IMG/VR virus record: IMGVR_UViG_3300045988_042325
Location: 1-44,231 of that record
Strand: one strand, 5' to 3'
DNA from: a virus
Length of the DNA stretch: 44,231 nt
In this document: piece after piece, positions 32,381 to 41,810 of the stretch
How the letters are laid out: each line of letters opens with the position of its first letter
Numbering within the stretch: the stretch's first letter is position 1
Position numbers and translations under genes: made by a program
The notes under the pieces: model-generated
Told to the model about the DNA's origin: nothing
Database searches by the model: none
The model's input: the letters and a program-made list of their open reading frames with translations, nothing else

Positions 32381-33157
32381 CTAAAAAGTACTCCAATTTG
32401 TCCATTTGCCATTATTAAATGCTCGTGTAGCCCGTTTATTATAGACATCAATATAAATCTGTACATATACGGCTTTTGTATTGGTTGAATGAACAGTGTA
32501 TGGGCTCCGCATACAGAAGAGAATTCCGTAACTTGAAAATCCAGAAGGTAAAGCACCGATATTTTCGCCCGTTACATAATACACGCCTGTACGTTCGGGA
32601 CTATTTAAGCTGTTTGTCTCTGCTTTGACGGTTACATTAATTCTGTTAGCCGAAGTAAGGTCGGTTACATTGCTATTTAGCGTATCAATCGCACTGGCCT
32701 GCTTCGCCACGGTTGTTTGTAAATCATTGATTACATCCACCGCACCGTTTAACAGGTTAGTCACCCGTAAAAGCCCCTGTTCTGTGTTATTGAGATGCTC
32801 TGCGTCAATATCCGGTTCTGAATTATTGACGTACTCAGTCGGTACATAATCGGCCAGTTTGTTCAAAGCAGCATAGGTAGACACCAGTAGTGCGGACTCA
32901 AGAGTTGCTGGATCATTTGCTGGATCTGTGACAACCTCTGTGGTGGTATCCTTTTCCGCTCCGTTTTCTTCCGTATTTGTGGTGCTGCTATTCTCTGTGC
33001 TTTCTTCTGAATCAGACTTCGAAGTATTAGACTCCTCCTGGGCGGTGTCAACATTCTGGTCTGATGTGTCGATGATCGGTGTTCCGTCTCCGTTGATAAT
33101 GTCGGTGTCTGAATCTGGATATTCGGTTTCGGTTGCAATTGGTTTATTTTCTTCCAT
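32381..33157 (-). CDS. Tail fibre / receptor-binding protein with exchangeable C-terminal tip (Cv1 currently expressed)
   Basis: Start moved to ATG 33157 (MEENKPIATE), with an AAGGAG RBS. It has an acidic S/T/D/E-rich N-terminus, then the constant helix encoded by the IR, then the tip '...GVYYVTGENIGALPSGF...NGKWTNWSTF'. Confidence 0.75.
   Translation of the reverse strand: MEENKPIATETEYPDSDTDIINGDGTPIIDTSDQNVDTAQEESNTSKSDSEESTENSSTTNTEENGAEKDTTTEVVTDPANDPATLESALLVSTYAALNKLADYVPTEYVNNSEPDIDAEHLNNTEQGLLRVTNLLNGAVDVINDLQTTVAKQASAIDTLNSNVTDLTSANRINVTVKAETNSLNSPERTGVYYVTGENIGALPSGFSSYGILFCMRSPYTVHSTNTKAVYVQIYIDVYNKRATRAFNNGKWTNWSTF
32670..32759 (-). repeat. Inverted repeat, right arm (inside the tail-fibre gene)
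   Basis: The reverse complement is identical to 31455..31544. Confidence 0.95.
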
Positions 33158-33167
33158 TTGTTTCTCC

Positions 33168-34058
33168 TTATACACATTGAATTTTATAAATATTATATTC
33201 ACATTCTGCTGATGACTGGATTCCAAGGAACACATATATATACTTCATTTTTGATCTTTGATCTGATGTATAGTTGTCAAGGTTAAGGACCCATTCTGTT
33301 TGTCCATCGGCTGTCATTATTCTTACATCAACGATGGCTCCAAGACTTGTCAACCATTCATTGCCCATAGCATTTGCTAACTGGTCTGTAAAATAATTTT
33401 CTGTTATCAGCAGGCTAAGACCTTTTCCTTGAATTTTATCGGCTATGATTTTTACTTTGCTTAACTTAGTAAAATCCAATGCTTTTGCAAATCCAATCGC
33501 AATGCCCTCGTAAAATCCTCCGGTAAATATCCAGTATGCATCTTTTATGATTTTTGCGCTACCGAGAGTGTATTTACCTGATGTAATTTTTACCAAGTCT
33601 GTTGTAAATCCAGGGCCTAAAGTGCCATAATAAAATGGCATGTTGGGGTCTTCGTTGAGATACCCTTCCCACGTTCCAGGACCTATGCCTGCTACATACA
33701 TGCCTTTTTTTATGACTGCGGATGTAAGGTTGGCGATTGGCTTTAATTCTATGTTTCCGGTTGCGTACTTTCCACTAGTTTTTACGGTTATTGAATTTTT
33801 CCCAGTAACGATTGTTTCACCGTTATATGTTGGAACAGATGATTTTACAGTACCGCCGCCGTAGTAACCAGAAGGAAGTACGATAGACCCATTCAGTGGT
33901 AAAGTTTTCTGGGGTGATCCGTTATCTAGTTTTGTGCCTACACCCTTATCACCGTTAGATTTCATATATGTCTTTCCGATCAGTACATCGGACTCAGTAG
34001 CGGTTACGGCGGTACTATCAACCGTAACTCCATTTTTTTGCAGCAAACATTCTCCCAT
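33168..34058 (-). CDS. Tail fibre/baseplate-associated protein
   Basis: 296 aa. The N-terminal 'ATESDVLIGKTY' motif is shared with the upstream 140-aa ORF. Position is between baseplate and fibre genes. Confidence 0.65.
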   Translation of the reverse strand: MGECLLQKNGVTVDSTAVTATESDVLIGKTYMKSNGDKGVGTKLDNGSPQKTLPLNGSIVLPSGYYGGGTVKSSVPTYNGETIVTGKNSITVKTSGKYATGNIELKPIANLTSAVIKKGMYVAGIGPGTWEGYLNEDPNMPFYYGTLGPGFTTDLVKITSGKYTLGSAKIIKDAYWIFTGGFYEGIAIGFAKALDFTKLSKVKIIADKIQGKGLSLLITENYFTDQLANAMGNEWLTSLGAIVDVRIMTADGQTEWVLNLDNYTSDQRSKMKYIYVFLGIQSSAECEYNIYKIQCV

Positions 34059-34480
34059 TACTCAAATCCCTCATAAATTCCAGTGATTGCTTGACTTCCC
34101 TCGCCTACCACTACACCTCTTTTTATATAAGCAGGATTAAAGTTTTCAGCGGCAGTAATCGTAACATCTCCTTGCATGTAATTTCCAGCAACCTCCACAG
34201 TAACGCCATTTCCTCGTGGGGAAGCTGAAAATGCAGCTTTCAAAGGAACTTCTTTCTGCGTTATTTTCTGCTCTTTTTGGTGATCTCCGGCTGGAATGTT
34301 GTAAGTACCATTAATCTCAATAATTACATCAGATATGGACGCAGCTGGCATACTTCCTGTTTGAAGGGTGTCTACCTCTGCACCGAAAAATGTTTTTCCG
34401 GCAGCTACATCTTTCGGCAGTGCCGTATACTCTTCTGGATAGTATCGACCTCCCTGTTTAAGTAAAAACGCCTCTGCCAT
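34058..34480 (-). CDS. Tail-associated protein, paralogous N-terminal motif
   Basis: 'LPKDVAAGKTFFG' resembles 'TESDVLIGKTYM' of the next gene. Confidence 0.6.
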   Translation of the reverse strand: MAEAFLLKQGGRYYPEEYTALPKDVAAGKTFFGAEVDTLQTGSMPAASISDVIIEINGTYNIPAGDHQKEQKITQKEVPLKAAFSASPRGNGVTVEVAGNYMQGDVTITAAENFNPAYIKRGVVVGEGSQAITGIYEGFE

Positions 34481-34481
34481 C

Positions 34482-34958
34482 TTACTCCCCCTTTAAAGCA
34501 ATTTGAAATGTTGATGCTGGTTTTTGATTATAGCAATAAAGCGTAATATTACCTGTTCCGGTGGTGATTCTGTCCACATATCCATAAGCTCGCCCTTGCT
34601 CCTTTGCCTGGGTTCCTGTGGTGCCATCTGGAAGATATAGGGACACGATCGGTGTATGCGTTGATAGGATTCCTTGCACGTTTACTGTCTGTCGATATGG
34701 TGCCGATGCTGACCAGCCAGAAACCGGAATTGTGACGTATCTAACGTTTTTCATGTCTCGCCCAAGCTCGGCTATATCGGTCTCATTTTTATTGACCTGT
34801 GTATTTGTCCGATTGACATCTCCAGCAGAATAAACGTCACCCTCCTGGGTGTACTCCGTAATATCTTCGATGTATACGCTTCCATCATCGTTCTGGGTGA
34901 TCTTATATTTTTTCTTTCCGGCAAAAATATCGTCTTTATATGTGGTTTTTAAGCTCAT
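34482..34958 (-). CDS. Tail/baseplate protein
   Basis: 158-aa ORF in the tail module. Confidence 0.6.
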   Translation of the reverse strand: MSLKTTYKDDIFAGKKKYKITQNDDGSVYIEDITEYTQEGDVYSAGDVNRTNTQVNKNETDIAELGRDMKNVRYVTIPVSGWSASAPYRQTVNVQGILSTHTPIVSLYLPDGTTGTQAKEQGRAYGYVDRITTGTGNITLYCYNQKPASTFQIALKGE

Positions 34959-35395
34959 AGGCTCACCTCCCTGTTGCCAAGTGATCTCGTACCAATCCGG
35001 AACGATAAATGGTTTAGTCCTGGGGACGCTTTTTCTATCAGTGTTCCGAGATCGTATATGATCCGTTCGATTGCATTAGCCTGGTATATTGATGTATATG
35101 TGATTCTGATCGGTGTCAGCGGTGTACTGTCCGGTGTATAATATGCACTTCGGATAGCTTCGATATTTTTTCTTAGTCGAATCATATCGGCTTCGGTACG
35201 GAAATCATTCGGCTGCCAATTCAACTTGTTATTGGTGGTATTTTTGTACCCCTTTCGATTAAGAACATAGGACACCCATTTTACCGCCGATTCAATCCGG
35301 TTGAGATCAGTGTAATCTATATAGGCTTTGGCCGCCATATTGTCTATGTCAGCCTGTGTCCGGTCAAATATCAAGCTATCAAGATATTTACTCAT
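34955..35395 (-). CDS. Tail-associated protein
   Basis: 'DRTQADIDN...YIDYTDLNRIESAV' is a pattern common in Firmicutes prophage fibre-associated proteins. Confidence 0.6.
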   Translation of the reverse strand: MSKYLDSLIFDRTQADIDNMAAKAYIDYTDLNRIESAVKWVSYVLNRKGYKNTTNNKLNWQPNDFRTEADMIRLRKNIEAIRSAYYTPDSTPLTPIRITYTSIYQANAIERIIYDLGTLIEKASPGLNHLSFRIGTRSLGNREVSL

Positions 35396-37145
35396 GTATC
35401 GTTACCCTCGCTTTAACTTCCCTGGTGAAAGTAGGATCAATGCTTTCGATGATTCCCTCTCTTATACCATCATACCCGGTATCTACACGCACTTTGTCCC
35501 CCAACTTCTTATCGCCCAGAAGCACATCTCCCACCACGTTCTCTGCCCGCTGATAGTAGGCATAAATCCGTTCAAGGGCAGTCTGTCCATTTGATGGATT
35601 GATTAATGTTGCATCTGTAACTTCTTTGATATTTTTGTTAAAGATGATATCTGGGTTATCTTTGGAAATCACCGATGTACTGTGGCTGTATTTGCCGCCC
35701 GTTAAGGTTACTGTGCCGCCTGTTCCAGTCACTACCGCATAGTTAACTCCACTCTTTACAATCGTTCCACCGGAGACAGAAAGACTATGATGTGGCTCTG
35801 AGAACACGATCTCAGCCGTCCCGTTCAGTGTGTCTTTGTAAAGCTCCTCTGTTTCGGAAATCTGCGTGTAAGTATGGGTAGTAAGTCGCACACCGGTTAC
35901 GATATCGCTATGCTCCAGTGTCAGCCCGGTAAAAGTGTTGTGCTCGTTAAATTCACCTGTCACTTCTGTGGCCTGTGGATAAATATCCACGCCCTCTACA
36001 TTGGACGTATCCACGATGGCACCAATAGCAAAGGCAATCTGCACAAGAGCGTTTCTTTTCGTGGTGTACGGGATGTACCCGGTCAATGTTGCATCCTTAT
36101 AAGCATCATCCAGGGTGTAACCGAAATCCTCATTTGCGAAGATCTCCGTGAGGACTTCTGACAGCTTGCGGCCTGCGTAGATACCGCCCACGTACTCATT
36201 ACCGTCCAAGACTCCCAAAGCATCGTGAGAATCCATATAATAGTCCGTCTTATTCTTCCTTGCGCCAGACTTTAAGTAAAAATTGCCAAGCAGATCGCCG
36301 TTAAAATACAGACCTAACCGCTGCTTTTTCTGGAGGTCAAACGGAATATTACTTTTTGTGCGGACGGTAAAGGAAAGGGTGTTGATACTGATATTCTCGG
36401 AAATGGCGTTGATCTCCTGCAAACAATCGGTCTGCATCAATTCGTCATCCAGGAAATCTCTATAAATACCATAATCAATTCTAGTCAAAAAGACTGGTCT
36501 GTGCGGCTTTGATGTGGATTTAAAGGTGATCACGATCTTGTTGTAGTTATGCACATACTGATTGCAGAAATACCGCACGCCATCCGCAGTAAAGTCCTGG
36601 TTAGCCAGTAACGTGGTATCCTCATACCATTTAACATTCAGATCTTTAGCATAGTCTCCAGATAACATATTAAATGTAAAGAGAATTCCTACACTGGTGA
36701 ATTTACCATTAAATGTGATCGTAAGTGCCGGGTTATTCATCACCGTTTCCTGTGTACCACCAGGGAAAAGAAAAATACGTGGATGCAGTGCCGTGTGTGG
36801 CTTCAATCCTTGCTTGCTGATCTGATATCCAAAATCGCCGTTATCATCGCTATACTCGCTTGAGATATAGCCATAATCCGCCGGGTCTTCTGGGAAATTG
36901 ATATAATCACCATTTAACAGGGAGAAGCCGGGATAACACAGGGCATATCCAGGGTAAGACAAATCATCACGCCGGAGATCCGGGAACTGGCGCTCTATGG
37001 TGGTCTGTTTTGGATAAAGACCAGCATGAGGATACAGTCCTTTCCTTGGATACAGTCCAGCCTTGATGATCTGCGGAAGACTGTTCTCTTTTGCGTATGG
37101 TGCCACGTCATCATATACGATTTTTAAACCCTCATTGTTTGCCAT
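35388..37145 (-). CDS. Tail-associated lysin-position / baseplate hub protein (Tal-like)
   Basis: 585 aa after moving the start to ATG 37145 (MANNEGLKIVYDD), which overlaps the upstream TGA. Position is after the Dit-like gene. Confidence 0.65.
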   Translation of the reverse strand: MANNEGLKIVYDDVAPYAKENSLPQIIKAGLYPRKGLYPHAGLYPKQTTIERQFPDLRRDDLSYPGYALCYPGFSLLNGDYINFPEDPADYGYISSEYSDDNGDFGYQISKQGLKPHTALHPRIFLFPGGTQETVMNNPALTITFNGKFTSVGILFTFNMLSGDYAKDLNVKWYEDTTLLANQDFTADGVRYFCNQYVHNYNKIVITFKSTSKPHRPVFLTRIDYGIYRDFLDDELMQTDCLQEINAISENISINTLSFTVRTKSNIPFDLQKKQRLGLYFNGDLLGNFYLKSGARKNKTDYYMDSHDALGVLDGNEYVGGIYAGRKLSEVLTEIFANEDFGYTLDDAYKDATLTGYIPYTTKRNALVQIAFAIGAIVDTSNVEGVDIYPQATEVTGEFNEHNTFTGLTLEHSDIVTGVRLTTHTYTQISETEELYKDTLNGTAEIVFSEPHHSLSVSGGTIVKSGVNYAVVTGTGGTVTLTGGKYSHSTSVISKDNPDIIFNKNIKEVTDATLINPSNGQTALERIYAYYQRAENVVGDVLLGDKKLGDKVRVDTGYDGIREGIIESIDPTFTREVKARVTIHE

Positions 37146-37552
37146 CACGGTCTCCTTTGCGGTTTCATTGCGATAAAATTGACAGTCAAGCCCGTCCATT
37201 TATTGATCTGTCCATCCTCTGTCTTTTGAATCTTAAGACCATCTTCACCGTTTGTCACATAAGCCAAAAACTCTAGTGTTTCCTGCCCATAAGGGAAAAC
37301 TACGGTATGGGACTCTGTGGGAGATGATATGATATCATAAAAAGTATCATAATCCGCTCGGTTGCTCTTATCTACGTCAATAGAGAGGGTGTAATTGTAA
37401 AAAGTTCCGGCGATGTCCCGGTGCATTTCATATGACTGTGTTCGACCGGAGTTCTCTGTGTCGGTAACGGCAAAGGAGCGTTTAAGCTCCTTCACCTGCA
37501 ACCGCAAATTTAAGCCGTCAATCTCAAATACTCCGTTGCCTGTTCTATCCAT
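37145..37552 (-). CDS. Distal tail protein-like
   Basis: 135 aa, immediately after the tape measure gene. Confidence 0.6.
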   Translation of the reverse strand: MDRTGNGVFEIDGLNLRLQVKELKRSFAVTDTENSGRTQSYEMHRDIAGTFYNYTLSIDVDKSNRADYDTFYDIISSPTESHTVVFPYGQETLEFLAYVTNGEDGLKIQKTEDGQINKWTGLTVNFIAMKPQRRP

Positions 37553-40232
37553 TCTGTGTCACCATCCTTACACCTACACGTTGTTTCTCCTGGTTATTTG
37601 CCTTGTATACTGCGGATGCAAATTTCTGGTCATTGAGTACCAGATCAATGTGGATATCCCTGTTTCCGCCACTCATTCCGGTTTCTTCCAGAGCTTCTTT
37701 CAATGCCTGTTTCATGGTTGACAGTGGGGAAACAACCTCAGTCTCACGCTTGTTATCGCCAAGGATCGCCGCAAACTCTCCAGCACGCGGAGGAACTACT
37801 GTGCCAGTCGCAAGACGTGGCATAGAGTAAGACGCCGCCACCGCCGGGGTCTGGTATGCGGAATATCTGGAATAGCCGCCGCCTCCAGAAGATCCGTAAG
37901 AGGATGCACGCTTCCCCGCATTCACTGCGATTGTAGCCGCTGCGATGCCTGCTGCCAAAGAAGCCGCTACAACCATCGCTCCAGCGGCACCAGTTACGGC
38001 GCCAAGTGCAACAGCAAGAACACCAACTGCCGCCGCTAATGCCAAAATACTACTTATTACTTTCTCTTTTGGAGTCATCTTATCCCAGTTTCTAGCCAAT
38101 ATGGCGATCAAACCTAAAATCGCTCCTAAAGCAAGAGTAACTGGGGAAAGTCCACCTGACAGTAAGGTTGCTAAAGCCTTCGCAAAGCGTCCTATGCCAC
38201 TAATTATACTTGCAATTCCAGTAACAAACTTCACAAACGCCCATGCAGCAAAAAACGCTATGATAACAAGAGTCACATTTTCTATTAACTCTTTATTCTG
38301 GCCAATCCAATCAGAAAACTTCTTTAACCACTCCGTGATCTTCTTTAGTGCGTTTATAATAACTTCACCAGTCCACTTTCCTACGGGCTGTAAAAAATCA
38401 TCCCATAGCCAGATAGCGTATGGTTTTAATGCGTCAATGATAGCGCCTAATGCTTCCAGAGCCGCAGCAATCAAGTCAAACGTTGCCGGTATTGCCTGTT
38501 CTACCGACCACTTTGCAATAGGTAATAGAGCCTTGTTAAGCAATGCCAGAAGTGCATCTGTTACTGTCTTTGCAATTGGCTTAATTGCAGAAAGGATAGC
38601 ATTGAAGCTAGTCAACAGTGGCGTAAAGTCAAGATCATTTGCCCAGTTTTTGATGCTTTCCGATGCATCACGCAAAAATCCGGTAAAGATTAATATGATA
38701 TCGCAGAGGTTACGAATAATATTTGTTCCTGTGTCTCCGGATACCCACGCCCTGTCAAACTGTGTAACCAGTCCTGCCACAGTTAAAGCCAGATTTGCTA
38801 CGGTGATAAGCAAATCATCCGTTATTTGTTTTCCATACCCTTCCGTGTTCCATACCTGCATAAATGATGCAGATACATCGCTTGCAAGCTGCTTAATGGC
38901 TCCAAATGCCGTTTTTACCGCTTCGGTCACCACTGGCCCATTTTCTTCCCATGACTTTTTCAGTGGATCAAAAAGTCCTTCCAGATTCTTTTTAATGGCG
39001 TCAGCCTGCAACTTCACATTGTTGGAGACTTTCTCGGTCTTAAACATCTGGTCTGGTGTCGGTCCTACATAGGTGTTGTTGCTGGAGTCACTGTCTTTCT
39101 GTGCCTGGATCAGCTGATCGAACGAAAACAGGATCTTTTTATTCAGTTTGTCTTTTTTCTGTAGCTCTTTGTTGCTATCCTTTAAGGCCGCCCCGTAGTC
39201 CTCTTCCACTGCCGTAGCCTTAACGTATGTATCTTTTCCAGTCAGTGCCGCCGCAAGTTGCGCCGTCCAGTTCACCGCCTGGATGATAAGACCAATAAAC
39301 TTTGACAGAGCGGGAGCCGCAGCTTCCAAGATCGGAGAAAATGCAGTAGCAAAAGCGTTCTTGAGCTGCGTCATCTGAGAAAGTAGCATGGAGATCGCCT
39401 CATTGGTAGCCGGGGAATACTGGGCAAGGTTTTCCATACCCTCTTTTGCTGATCTGAACGCAGTGGATATTGCAGAACGGAGAAGTCGGAAGAGAACCAT
39501 ACGCCGGACTACACCAGACAGTGCATCACCGAACTTCTTCGCTGGTTTTTTACTCTTGTCCATCTGGTTTCCAAGCTTTTTCGTTGATTTTGCCGTTTTT
39601 TTCGTAGCACTGTTAACACCAATAAGGCGCTTTTTGTACTCGTCAAACTCGTTCTTTACCCGGCTATACGATGCGCCAAGAGATTCATTCATCTGCTTGA
39701 GTTTTTCGGATTCCGCTGCGTATTTATCGGACATCTGGGAGAACTTATCCGTATCTTTTCCAAGAGTAAAGGCACCGCCGGACTTCACTAAATCATTTTT
39801 TTCTTCATTGAGATCTTTCAGTGTTTCCCTCAGCCGATCAATGTCGTACTGCATTTTTTTATAAGCATTACTATTTGTTTTTCCGCCCGTATTCAAAAAC
39901 TTTTCTTGTCGTGCCGTAAGATTAACTAGCTTTTTGGTAGCTTCATCTATTTGTTTATAAAGGTCAATATAATTCTGTGTAGGTACACTTGTCTCTGCAT
40001 ACGTTTCTAGTTCTTCTCGTAATTTTTTGACTTTTTGTTCCTGTGCTGCATACTGGTTATTCAGTTTGGCAAAGGCGGCGGCCTGCTTCTGAACTGCGAT
40101 TTCTGATTTTTTTCCAAGATCATCAATCCCATTTGCCATTCTTCTAACGGCGGCTTCTACTTCTTTGGTTCCCGGTTTCATGCCGCTGGTGTCTATTTCT
40201 GTATCAATAAGGACTGTCCCATCTGCCTGCAT
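37545..40232 (-). CDS. Tail tape measure protein
   Basis: 895 aa with an N-terminal coiled coil and a long hydrophobic Ala/Leu/Ile-rich central region. Position is after the two chaperone genes. Confidence 0.9.
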   Translation of the reverse strand: MQADGTVLIDTEIDTSGMKPGTKEVEAAVRRMANGIDDLGKKSEIAVQKQAAAFAKLNNQYAAQEQKVKKLREELETYAETSVPTQNYIDLYKQIDEATKKLVNLTARQEKFLNTGGKTNSNAYKKMQYDIDRLRETLKDLNEEKNDLVKSGGAFTLGKDTDKFSQMSDKYAAESEKLKQMNESLGASYSRVKNEFDEYKKRLIGVNSATKKTAKSTKKLGNQMDKSKKPAKKFGDALSGVVRRMVLFRLLRSAISTAFRSAKEGMENLAQYSPATNEAISMLLSQMTQLKNAFATAFSPILEAAAPALSKFIGLIIQAVNWTAQLAAALTGKDTYVKATAVEEDYGAALKDSNKELQKKDKLNKKILFSFDQLIQAQKDSDSSNNTYVGPTPDQMFKTEKVSNNVKLQADAIKKNLEGLFDPLKKSWEENGPVVTEAVKTAFGAIKQLASDVSASFMQVWNTEGYGKQITDDLLITVANLALTVAGLVTQFDRAWVSGDTGTNIIRNLCDIILIFTGFLRDASESIKNWANDLDFTPLLTSFNAILSAIKPIAKTVTDALLALLNKALLPIAKWSVEQAIPATFDLIAAALEALGAIIDALKPYAIWLWDDFLQPVGKWTGEVIINALKKITEWLKKFSDWIGQNKELIENVTLVIIAFFAAWAFVKFVTGIASIISGIGRFAKALATLLSGGLSPVTLALGAILGLIAILARNWDKMTPKEKVISSILALAAAVGVLAVALGAVTGAAGAMVVAASLAAGIAAATIAVNAGKRASSYGSSGGGGYSRYSAYQTPAVAASYSMPRLATGTVVPPRAGEFAAILGDNKRETEVVSPLSTMKQALKEALEETGMSGGNRDIHIDLVLNDQKFASAVYKANNQEKQRVGVRMVTQNG

Positions 40233-40244
40233 ATCATCACCGCC

Positions 40245-40817
40245 TTACTTCTCAAACAATGCGTCTACTGCATCCTGTTCCTGCTTCCATAGATCCTGTT
40301 CTTCATCAGACATTTTTCTCTTAAGATTTACAATCGCCTGGTTATCGTTCAAAAACTCCCGTTCCCACTGTTCCAGTTTCTTTCCTTTTGCCCGTTTCTG
40401 TCTGATTGCCAACACCTGGGAAAACGTTCCCTCTTCAATCTCCTCGAAGTAGCCAACAAACGTCCACCAATGCATATACTGGCCTGGTTCTCTGACTTCT
40501 CGCCCGGCTACCTTATTGATCGCCGGGAAGATGATCGGGGCATCCTGCTCCCAGTCCATCACCTGCGGTCGCTTGCGCCCATCCTCTTTTTTCCCGCAAT
40601 CCAGATACCATAAAGCCTGTTTTATCGCTTCTTCCAGGAATTCCTCCGGTGGAATCTCCTCGTACAAGATTTCTACCATTACCTGCATCTTCCCGGCGTT
40701 ATCCAGGTTTGGATCATTAAAAGCCGCCATGATGTCAAGAGCCGCCCGAAAATCGGTCCGTATATGATAAGATCTGCCACCGACTGTAAGAGCCAGCGGC
40801 AGATCCCAGGAAAACAT
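40245..40817 (-). CDS. Tail assembly chaperone (phage Gp15-like)
   Basis: 'LTVGGRSYHIRTDFRAALDIMAAFNDPNL' is a Gp15-family-like N-terminus. Position is before the tape measure. Confidence 0.7.
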   Translation of the reverse strand: MFSWDLPLALTVGGRSYHIRTDFRAALDIMAAFNDPNLDNAGKMQVMVEILYEEIPPEEFLEEAIKQALWYLDCGKKEDGRKRPQVMDWEQDAPIIFPAINKVAGREVREPGQYMHWWTFVGYFEEIEEGTFSQVLAIRQKRAKGKKLEQWEREFLNDNQAIVNLKRKMSDEEQDLWKQEQDAVDALFEK

Positions 40818-41275
40818 TATTTCAAGGGGGCAAGTCTTGATCCCCCCGGAGATGCTTTGTACTTCTGCGTATACTTATTTACGTGAGACTGTACGGCTTT
40901 CAGTTTCACATCACGTTTCTGCTCGATCACTCCACGAATGGCGTTGATCACATTTTCCACGAAAAACTGACCGGAGTTTAACATGGTGAATGGTGACGTG
41001 ATTGAGAAAAAGTCTTTGGAAACCGGAGCATTGAACAAATAATCCACCTGCTGGCACATACGCTCGTCCAGAGTCTTGATATCATCAAGGGTTGCCGTGG
41101 ACTCTTTGCCACTTAACTCTTTCTGCATATCCTCAAACGCCTTTACGGTCTCCTCATACCTTTTGACCAGATCAAAATCTGATGGAATAAAGGTAAACTG
41201 TCCAAGAAGTTCTCCTCGCTGATTTACGATGTCAAAAGTCTCGCTACCATCATCAATTCTAATTACGTTTCCCAT
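40817..41275 (-). CDS. Tail assembly chaperone (Gp14-position)
   Basis: 152 aa, between the major tail and Gp15-like genes. Confidence 0.6.
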   Translation of the reverse strand: MGNVIRIDDGSETFDIVNQRGELLGQFTFIPSDFDLVKRYEETVKAFEDMQKELSGKESTATLDDIKTLDERMCQQVDYLFNAPVSKDFFSITSPFTMLNSGQFFVENVINAIRGVIEQKRDVKLKAVQSHVNKYTQKYKASPGGSRLAPLK

Positions 41276-41284
41276 TCGATCCTC

Positions 41285-41782
41285 CTACAGTGTTGCTACT
41301 TTCTCGTCACTCCATGTTACTTCTCCGTCTGCGATGGTGACAGATCCCTCTTTTCGGTTTCCATCAAAGTGCACAGAAAATGGCAGTGTAAATCCGGCAG
41401 TGCCACCGCCGTATTCCTCAACCTTAACGATAACGTCCTCTTTCCATGCTCTGTGTTTGGCTGCTTCGGTATCTTCGATGATTACCTCCAAGATAGAAGT
41501 CTTGCAGTCATCGCCTTTCTTACGATTCATTGCTATGTCACGGATTTTTGGATAAATGGCATCAGTTGGGTCTGCGTAATAGGTCTGGCTGTCCATAGAT
41601 GGCTCATAGCCGTTATCCTCAGTGTAAGTCTCGTCCCACACGTTTTTGTTCACGGAGATATCTGGGTTAAGAGATACGCTCATCTCATCGGTATACTTAC
41701 CCATTCGCCACCATTTAGTTGTTCCACTGCCAAAACTTGAGTCTAAAAAAGTCCTTGATGCTCCTCGTGTTAACCTGCTCAT
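41285..41782 (-). CDS. Major tail protein
   Basis: Start probably ATG 41782 (MSRLTRGASRTF), with a GAAAGGA RBS. Position is upstream of the chaperones. Confidence 0.7.
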   Translation of the reverse strand: MSRLTRGASRTFLDSSFGSGTTKWWRMGKYTDEMSVSLNPDISVNKNVWDETYTEDNGYEPSMDSQTYYADPTDAIYPKIRDIAMNRKKGDDCKTSILEVIIEDTEAAKHRAWKEDVIVKVEEYGGGTAGFTLPFSVHFDGNRKEGSVTIADGEVTWSDEKVATL

Positions 41783-41810
41783 TGATATGTCCTTTCTACC
41801 CATAAGGGAT

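Noticed and set aside
31455-32759. Diversity-generating retroelement (TR/VR pair) as the explanation for the duplicated fibre segment
   Set aside because: The two copies are inverted and 100% identical, with no adenine-specific mismatches. They encode the constant part rather than the variable part, and no reverse transcriptase is present.
37945-39072. 375-aa plus-strand ORF antisense to the tape measure gene
   Set aside because: It is a shadow ORF of the Ala/Leu/Ile-rich tape measure coding region, with low-complexity A/S/I/F composition and no RBS. The same reasoning applies to most plus-strand ORFs between 1.2 and 24 kb and between 33 and 44 kb.
40245-41275. Programmed -1 frameshift joining the two tail assembly chaperone ORFs
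   Set aside because: The two ORFs are separately startable, with an ATG overlapping the upstream stop. I did not see a slippery heptamer at the junction, so no frameshift is claimed.
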